Of a stretch of DNA of 64,000 bases, positions 57,566 through 64,000 are shown one piece after another. Below the pieces are notes generated by a model. That model ran no database searches and had not been told where the DNA came from. It saw only the letters and a list, made by a program, of their open reading frames with translations. A program made the translations under genes and the position numbers. Location of the stretch: NCBI GenBank assembly GCA_045863395.1, contig BTVJ01000035.1, positions 11,516 to 75,515 on the forward strand, given 5' to 3'. The number at the start of each line of letters is the position of its first letter. Position 1 is the stretch's first letter. Source of the stretch: Myxococcales bacterium (lineage in GTDB: Bacteria > Myxococcota_A > UBA9042 > JABWCM01 > BTVJ01).

Positions 57566-59344
57566 CTACGGTGGGGTCCTCGGGGCGCCCGGCACCCGAC
57601 AGGCTGCCTCCAGGACCCGGTCGATGAGCGTTGCGCGATCAAAGGGCTTCACGAGCAGATGGACGCCCGGTTCGAGGACCCCGTGTCTCGCCAAGGCGTC
57701 ATCGGTGTAGCCCGACATGAAGAGGATGCGCGTGCCCGGGCGCAGCTCCCTCACTCGTGCGGCCAGCGCGGGGCCGCTCATCCGTGGCATGATCACGTCG
57801 GTCAGCAGCACGTCGATGGGACCCGGATGGCCCTCCAGGACCTCGAGGGCGTCGAGCCCGTCGGTGGCACACAGCACCGAGAACCCGACCGACTGGAGCA
57901 TGCGGCGTGTGGCCATGCGGACGCCGTCCTCGTCCTCCACGAGCAGGACGGTCTCGCCCGCGGCCTTGATGGGGGCCTGGAGGGGGCGCTCTGGGCTCGC
58001 CCCGGTTGTGGCCCCGCAGCGAGGAAACAGGAGCTCGAAGGAGGCTCCCGCGCCGGGTGCGGTGGACACGGTGACCGCACCGCCGCTCTGCATGACGAGA
58101 CCATAGACCATCGCGAGGCCGAGGCCGGTGCCTTTCCCCACGCCCTTGGTGGTGAAGAAGGGCTCGAAGATGTGGCTCTTGACCTCCTCGGTCATTCCGC
58201 AGCCGGTGTCCCTCACCGCGATGAGGACGTGATGCCCGCTGGCCAGCCCGCGGGCCCGGGCGAACTCTGCGTCAAGGTCCACGTTGGCGGTCTGGATCGT
58301 GATGCGGCCACCCTCGGGCATGGCGTCGCAGGCGTTGACCACGAGGTTCAGCAGCGCCTGCTCCATCTGGCCCGGATCGACCAGCGTGTGCCAGAGGTCG
58401 GGCTCCGTCTGGACGTCGAACTCGACGTCCTCGCCGGTGACGCGGCGGAGCATGGGCACCAGGGTGGTGACGACCTTTGTCAGCGACACGATCTGAGGGT
58501 CCAGGACCTGGCGGCGGCTGAACGCGAGGAGCTGGCGCGTGAGCTGCGCGCCTCGCCTCCCCGCGGCCTGGATCTCGCAGAGGTCCGCCCTGAGCGGGTC
58601 ACCCTCGGGGAGGTCCTCGATTCCAAAGCTCGTCAGGTTGAGGATCACCGTCAGCAGGTTGTTGAAGTCGTGGGCGATGCCCCCGGCCAGGCGACCCACG
58701 GCCTCCATCTTCTGGGCTGCCCGGAGCTGCTCCTCCAGAGAGTCGCGCTCGGCCCGGGCACGGTCGTGGGCGTCTCGGACCGCGAGGGACGCGAGGGCGA
58801 ACGCGAGGTCGTCCTTCAGGCCCCCGAAGAGATCGTGCTCGTCCGTCGCGGCAGCGTCCTTGGCCGATGCCACCAGCACGTAGCCGTGGCGCTCCCCATC
58901 GCGCCGGAGCTCCGCCGCCAGGTGCAGCGAGTAGCGCTGGCAGTGGGCGGTCATCGGGCAGCCCTCGCAGGAGCCCTCCAGGTCGGGCCGAATCGGCGCC
59001 CCGGCTGCGTCACGGGCCAGGTGCAGGCACGCGGGCAGGCGGCCCTCCGCGAGGGACGCGGCCAGGGGCGCGAAGGCGCCGCACAGCCCTTGCTGCGCCC
59101 AGGACACGGGCGCGCCCGTGGCGTCGCAGAGCACGATCATCGCGGCGCCGTAGCTCTCGGACTCGACCAGCACCCGACACGTCTCGCGTGCCAGCTCCAG
59201 CGCGCTGCGCGCGCGCACGATCTGGCGGTTCACGTCCCCCACGGCGCGCAGGACCCGGTTGAGTCGCTCGATGCGTGCGAGGGCGCGTGATCGGAACTTG
59301 GAAGGCTGTGGCACGGCGCTCACCTGCGGTAGCGGCCGGTTCAC
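57566..59344 (-). CDS. Cytoplasmic hybrid histidine kinase (GAF-HisKA-HATPase-REC)
   Basis: [39 protein letters not shown]; receiver LLVEDE..TDVIMP..KPF. Confidence 0.93.
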   Translation of the reverse strand: MNRPLPQVSAVPQPSKFRSRALARIERLNRVLRAVGDVNRQIVRARSALELARETCRVLVESESYGAAMIVLCDATGAPVSWAQQGLCGAFAPLAASLAEGRLPACLHLARDAAGAPIRPDLEGSCEGCPMTAHCQRYSLHLAAELRRDGERHGYVLVASAKDAAATDEHDLFGGLKDDLAFALASLAVRDAHDRARAERDSLEEQLRAAQKMEAVGRLAGGIAHDFNNLLTVILNLTSFGIEDLPEGDPLRADLCEIQAAGRRGAQLTRQLLAFSRRQVLDPQIVSLTKVVTTLVPMLRRVTGEDVEFDVQTEPDLWHTLVDPGQMEQALLNLVVNACDAMPEGGRITIQTANVDLDAEFARARGLASGHHVLIAVRDTGCGMTEEVKSHIFEPFFTTKGVGKGTGLGLAMVYGLVMQSGGAVTVSTAPGAGASFELLFPRCGATTGASPERPLQAPIKAAGETVLLVEDEDGVRMATRRMLQSVGFSVLCATDGLDALEVLEGHPGPIDVLLTDVIMPRMSGPALAARVRELRPGTRILFMSGYTDDALARHGVLEPGVHLLVKPFDRATLIDRVLEAACRVPGAPRTPP

Positions 59345-59464
59345 CCGCGGCGCTCTGGAGCCATGGGGACCGGGCTATTTGTGCCTGTATATCGTTGGAC
59401 CGGGGTGCCTCGCCAACCTCAGATGCACCGGGTTGGGTACAAACCCCTCAGCCGGGTGCCAGGG

Positions 59465-60556
59465 TCAGGTCTGCGCGCGGGGGGCAACGGGGGACGCCGG
59501 CTCGCCGTTCCGCGCTGGCAGGTGCTTGATGTAGACGTCGTGCTTCGCATACGGGATCTCGATGCCGGCCGCGATGAACGCCTTGTAGACGCGGGTGTTG
59601 AGCTGATCGATGGCTCGCCCCCTGAACTCGGGCTCGTCGATCCAGGCCAGCAGCTCGAAGCGGAGCCCCGAGTCGCCGAACTCCCGGAACCGGACGCGGG
59701 GTGGGGGATCCTCACAGACATGGTCCAACCCCACGGCGCTCTCGAGCAGCACCCGGCGCACGTCATCGACGTCCGAGCCGTAGGCCACGAAGACGCTGAC
59801 CCGTACCCGCTCCTTGACGTGCCGTCCCCCGGTCTCGTTGACGATGCGGGAGGAGGCGATCACCGCGTTGGGGATGGTGACCTCGATGTCGTCCCGGGTC
59901 AGGACGCGGGTCGAGCGGATGCCGATGCGGATGACCTCCCTGCGGTAGCCGCCGTCGATCTGCACGTAGTCGCCCAGCTTGTAGGGGGCGTCGGCCAGGA
60001 TGAAGATGCCGGCGAAGAGGTTGGCGAGGGTGTCCTTGGCGGCGAAGCCCACCGCGATGCCGATGATGCCCGCCGACGCCAGCCAGGCCGTGAGGTCGAT
60101 GCCCCACGCGATGAAGGTGAAGTAGGTCGCGCCCCCCAAGACGATCAGCTTCACGAGCAGATCGAAGATCGGGAGCGTTCGCGGCTGCACGATGGCGCTC
60201 TGGGCGGCTCCTCTGCTGAGTGCCCCGAGGAGCGCTCCGCCGATGCGCATCGCGGCCACGGTCCAGATCAGGACCGCCAGGGTAGCGAGGACTGCGTGCA
60301 CCGTCTCCGGGCTCTCGGCCAGCTCCAGCTCGTCGGTGCCCCAGGTGAGGCCCAGCAGGAGGGCGCTCAGGCGGACCGGGCGCCGGAGGTGTGCTACGAC
60401 CTCGTCGTCCACCGAGGAGCGCGTGCGCCGGGCCAACGCGCCCAGCGTCCGCGTGAGGAGGGCCTCCAGCAGGAAGCCCGCGCCCACCGCTCCCAAGACG
60501 ATCACTCCGAAGCGGACGCCCGGGATCGCCCAGAGCTGCTCGACCACCTCCACCAT
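59465..60556 (-). CDS. Mechanosensitive channel, MscS family
   Basis: GIAVGFAAKDTLANLFAG, IGIRST, TIPN, VAYGSD, IEIPY. Confidence 0.93.
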   Translation of the reverse strand: MVEVVEQLWAIPGVRFGVIVLGAVGAGFLLEALLTRTLGALARRTRSSVDDEVVAHLRRPVRLSALLLGLTWGTDELELAESPETVHAVLATLAVLIWTVAAMRIGGALLGALSRGAAQSAIVQPRTLPIFDLLVKLIVLGGATYFTFIAWGIDLTAWLASAGIIGIAVGFAAKDTLANLFAGIFILADAPYKLGDYVQIDGGYRREVIRIGIRSTRVLTRDDIEVTIPNAVIASSRIVNETGGRHVKERVRVSVFVAYGSDVDDVRRVLLESAVGLDHVCEDPPPRVRFREFGDSGLRFELLAWIDEPEFRGRAIDQLNTRVYKAFIAAGIEIPYAKHDVYIKHLPARNGEPASPVAPRAQT

Positions 60557-60713
60557 GACCAGACACCTCCGTTCCTCAAGCAGCGCTGCGCGCGAGGATC
60601 ATCGTGATCCCATGTCGCGGCGTCGCGATCAAGCCCCGCTACATAGTCATGGAGGCGGGGCGGATTGATGTTCGTGTGCGAATGTCTCTAGTATTGCAGC
60701 CATGGAGGTGCCG

Positions 60714-62429
60714 ATGAGGTCCAAACATGCCGCTTGTCCGATGGTCGCAGCGATCCTGATCGCCCTGTCCGTGCCTGCGTGGGCGGCGGGCGATCCGAGC
60801 CCGTCCGACGCAGAGGGGAGCTGTGCGAGCCCACGGCAGGCACTGTTCACGGTTCTCTACTGGCTCCAGGCAGAGCGCCACGACCCCGCCAAGGCCGCGG
60901 CGTGCGTGGACCGGAGCGGCCTCGAAGACCCGGTCCGCGAGGCGCCGGCCGTGGCAGACAAGCTCAAGAAGGTGCTGGACGCGCGAGGGCTGTACGTGCT
61001 GTGGCCGGAGATCCCGGACGCGCCCGACCACGCCGCCGAGGGCGGGGGCGCGACGTTCGACCTCTACCCGAAGGCGCTCGGAGGCGTGATCATCGCCCGG
61101 ACCGGGGACCGGTGGTTGTTCTCACCCGCCTCGTGTGCTCGCATCGACGAGCTCTACCGGGACACCTTCCCGGCAGGTCTCGAGGACTTCATTGCGTCGC
61201 TCCCAACGTGGCTCCAGGGACGGCTCCTGGGCATACAAGGGTGGCAGGTGCTCGCGCTCCTCCTGCTGGTCTTCGTTGCCCTGGGGCTCCAGAAGCTCGC
61301 GGTCGCGCTCTTCGCCACCTACCTGCGGCGAATCGCCCGCCGCCTCCCTGGCAAGTGGCTCGAGAAGGTGGTCCAGCGCTCGGACCGCCCGGTGGGCGGT
61401 CTGGTCATGGCCGCGGTGTTCGCCATGGGCGTGCCACTGCTCCAGTTCCCCGTCCAGGTGGCCGCGATCACCCTGCTAGCCACACGGGTCCTGGCGGCGT
61501 TCAGCCTGGTGTGGCTCGGCTACCGGCTCGCAGACGTCCTGTGCGATGCCCTCGACGAGCGCGCCGCCCGCACCGAGACCCGCCTCGACGACCAGCTCGT
61601 GCCCCTGCTGCGCAAGTCGATCAAGGTCGTGCTCGTCGTGGTCGGCGGCATCTTCATCCTCCAGAACCTCGATGTGGACGTCGGGTCGCTCCTGGCAGGT
61701 CTCGGGCTCGGCGGCCTCGCGTTCGCCCTGGCCGCCAAGGACACCGTGGCCAACTTCTTCGGGTCGGTGATGATCTTCATCGACAAGCCCTTCCAGATCG
61801 GTGACTGGATCAAGATCAGCGACGCAGTCGAGGGCACGGTGGCGGAGGTGGGCTTCCGAACGACCCGCATCCGCACCTTCTACAACTCCATGGTCACGGT
61901 GCCCAACGCCCTGGTCACCAACACGGCCATCGACAACCTCGGGGCCCGCACGTACCGGCGCTACAAGGCCACCCTCGGCCTGACCTACGACACCGCGCCC
62001 GAGAAGGTCCAGGCGTTCTGTGAGGGTGTCCGCGCCGTCATCCTTGCGCTCCCAGGCATGCGCAAGGACTTCTACATGGTCGAGTTCCAGGGCTTCGGCG
62101 CTCACTCCTTGGACATCCTCCTCTACTGCTTCATGCACGTGCCGGACTGGGCCACAGAGCTGCGCACCCGGACCAACCTGAACCTGGAGATCCTGCGGCT
62201 GGCCCGCGAGCTGGGCGTCGAGTTCGCCTTCCCGACCCAGACGCTGCACGTCCAGATGGGGGCGGCAGTAGAGGCGCGCGACGGTGCGGACGTTCCGGCC
62301 CTGGCGGAGGTCATCCGATCCTTTGGACCGGGCGGGCGCCTGTCCCTGAACCACGGCTTTCGAATCAGCCAGGGCTTCGACCCCGGGGGCGTGGCCGGGA
62401 GCCGCGGGAGCGCCGACGCCGATGGCTGA
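60714..62429 (+). CDS. MscS family channel with N-terminal periplasmic domain
   Basis: Signal peptide; WLFS; GLGLGGLAFALAAKDT, KPFQIGDWI, VGFRTTRIRT, FAFPTQT. Confidence 0.93.
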   Translation: MRSKHAACPMVAAILIALSVPAWAAGDPSPSDAEGSCASPRQALFTVLYWLQAERHDPAKAAACVDRSGLEDPVREAPAVADKLKKVLDARGLYVLWPEIPDAPDHAAEGGGATFDLYPKALGGVIIARTGDRWLFSPASCARIDELYRDTFPAGLEDFIASLPTWLQGRLLGIQGWQVLALLLLVFVALGLQKLAVALFATYLRRIARRLPGKWLEKVVQRSDRPVGGLVMAAVFAMGVPLLQFPVQVAAITLLATRVLAAFSLVWLGYRLADVLCDALDERAARTETRLDDQLVPLLRKSIKVVLVVVGGIFILQNLDVDVGSLLAGLGLGGLAFALAAKDTVANFFGSVMIFIDKPFQIGDWIKISDAVEGTVAEVGFRTTRIRTFYNSMVTVPNALVTNTAIDNLGARTYRRYKATLGLTYDTAPEKVQAFCEGVRAVILALPGMRKDFYMVEFQGFGAHSLDILLYCFMHVPDWATELRTRTNLNLEILRLARELGVEFAFPTQTLHVQMGAAVEARDGADVPALAEVIRSFGPGGRLSLNHGFRISQGFDPGGVAGSRGSADADG

Positions 62430-62587
62430 TGGCGCACGTAGCGCGCTTCATGGAGGTGGGGCAGGCGGTGTGGCGACCGGGTTGAGGCAGCGACAGCGGT
62501 GGGGAAGCCAATGGGCGGGGGGGCGGTGTGGAGTGTATTTGAGTGAAATCAATAGATTTCAACTCGTTACGAGTCCGAAATGAGTGG

Positions 62588-62616
62588 TTGACCCGGGGGG
62601 TGGTGCTGAATATGCT
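62588..62616 (+). promoter_or_regulatory. Sigma70-type promoter for the terminal lipoprotein gene
   Basis: TTGACC-17 nt-TATGCT. Confidence 0.65.
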
Positions 62617-62704
62617 AGCGCCGCTTTTCGACCCCCCGGTGCCTGGCGCCGGGCAGGATGCGATCACCGCGGACCACGTCCGTCATTCATCGCAAGGAGG
62701 ACAC

Positions 62705-64000
62705 ATGGCTCGGCGGATCACTTGGGCTCTCGGTCTCCTGGCGCTCGCGCTGCCCACGGGTTGCGAGTCGAGCGATGAGGACCCCATCGGGAACGGGGAC
62801 GCGGCGGTGACGGACATCTCCGTGCCGCCGGTGGACATCGGACCGGTGGAGTGCTGGACCCCGGTGGACTGCACGAAGAAGGCATCTCCAGCGCTTGAGG
62901 CCTGCCAGCAGTGGGCCTGCGTCAGCGGCAAGTGCGAGGCACAGGCCTCCCCGGTGGACAGCCCGTGCGCCGGCGATGCCACGGCGCTGGGGACGTGCGA
63001 GCGCTGGGCGTGCAGCGAGTCCGCCCAGTGCGTGGTCCGCGCGGCTCACGACGGCGCCGTGTGCGGTGCGGTCGATGGCTGCACGGGCAACTACTGCGCC
63101 GAGGGCAAGTGCGCCGAAGTCACCCTCAAGACCTGCAACGACGGCGATGTCTGCACGGCGGACTCCTGCGCTGGCGGCGTGTGCGTCTTCGAGCCCAAGG
63201 ACGGCGTCTGCGACGACGGCAACCCGTGTACGCTCAACGACGCCTGCTTCGGCGGCGCGTGCAAGGGCACGGCAAAGCCTGAGTGCAACTGCACGAAGGC
63301 CTCGGACTGCGCCGACGACGGGAACCCCTGCAACGGGGTCGAGACCTGCATCAACAACTTCTGCCAGCCGGATCCGGCAACGGTCGTGGAGTGCACGGCG
63401 AGCGCGGCGTGCCTGGTCTCGGTGTGCAGCGCCGCGACCGGCCAGTGCGAGGAGGGGCCGGCGGCCGATGGCACCTCGTGCGACGATGGCGAGCCGTGCA
63501 CCGTAGGCGACGCCTGCGAGGCGGGGTTGTGCAACGCTGGCCCGGGCATGGGCTGCGAGACGGAGTGCGCGGACGGGAACGACGAGGACGGTGACGGCGA
63601 TACGGACTGCGATGACGGCGACTGCGCCGAGGACCCGGCCTGCAAGACGGAGACGAACTGCAAGGACCAGGTCGACGACGACGGCGACGGCAAGACGGAC
63701 TGCGAGGACTTGGACTGTGCTGAGGACGCGGCCTGCAAGACCCCGACCAAGGAGACCAACTGCGTCGATGGCATCGACAACGACCTCGATGGGTCCACCG
63801 ACTGCGACGACGAGGACTGCAAGGCGTCGCCTGTCTGCAAGCCGAAGACCGAGACGGTCTGCACGGGCGGCGTGGACGAGGACAAGGACGGCAAGACGGA
63901 CTGCGCCGACGAGGACTGCGCCGACGACGTGGCGTGCGTGCCGGCGACCGAGACGGTCTGCACGGGCGGCGTGGACGAGGACAAGGACGGCAAGACGGAC
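62705..64000 (+). CDS. Cys/Asp-rich repeat lipoprotein, truncated by the window end
   Basis: Not in the ORF track. AAGGAGG RBS; MARRITWALGLLALALPTGC lipobox; C(N/D)DGxxCT repeats, then ETxCxDxxDxDxDGxTDCxDxDC repeats. Confidence 0.88.
   Translation, partial: MARRITWALGLLALALPTGCESSDEDPIGNGDAAVTDISVPPVDIGPVECWTPVDCTKKASPALEACQQWACVSGKCEAQASPVDSPCAGDATALGTCERWACSESAQCVVRAAHDGAVCGAVDGCTGNYCAEGKCAEVTLKTCNDGDVCTADSCAGGVCVFEPKDGVCDDGNPCTLNDACFGGACKGTAKPECNCTKASDCADDGNPCNGVETCINNFCQPDPATVVECTASAACLVSVCSAATGQCEEGPAADGTSCDDGEPCTVGDACEAGLCNAGPGMGCETECADGNDEDGDGDTDCDDGDCAEDPACKTETNCKDQVDDDGDGKTDCEDLDCAEDAACKTPTKETNCVDGIDNDLDGSTDCDDEDCKASPVCKPKTETVCTGGVDEDKDGKTDCADEDCADDVACVPATETVCTGGVDEDKDGKTD
63847..64000 (+). 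repeat. 99-nt period tandem coding repeat
   Basis: GACCGAGACGGTCTGCACGGGCGGCGTGGACGAGGACAAGGACGGCAAGACGGAC is identical at 63847 and 63946. Confidence 0.85.

Overview
Very GC-rich bacterial chromosome segment. Gene content points to a Myxococcota/deltaproteobacterial organism: a tgl-like pilotin and myxobacterial Cys-rich repeat lipoproteins (inference). In order: uppS with an upstream TerB / Zn-ribbon membrane / SPFH operon; tRNA-fMet; a stand-alone motAB pair; two SGNH proteins around an eroded flavoprotein; a 2327-aa Cys-rich lipoprotein; a candidate ~160-nt structured RNA with a plausible promoter; PrsW; a GT4 gene frameshifted at a G9 tract, followed by a deacetylase and an SDR; a collagen-like fibre gene; VOC, YbaK and SDR genes; a moxR-bat operon with an expanded BatB/C; cytochrome c; the dcw cluster (mraZ to ftsZ) with a tgl-like gene inserted and murD, murC and ddl absent; DUF4142; a metzincin; a hybrid kinase; two divergent MscS genes; and a truncated Cys/Asp-repeat lipoprotein. 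No CRISPR array, rRNA, integrase or transposase was seen. Best novelty candidates: the structured RNA at 17838-17997, the pilotin inside the division operon, the TerB-SPFH-uppS module and the PPC-expanded Bat protein. All family calls come from motif recognition by eye, not database searches.
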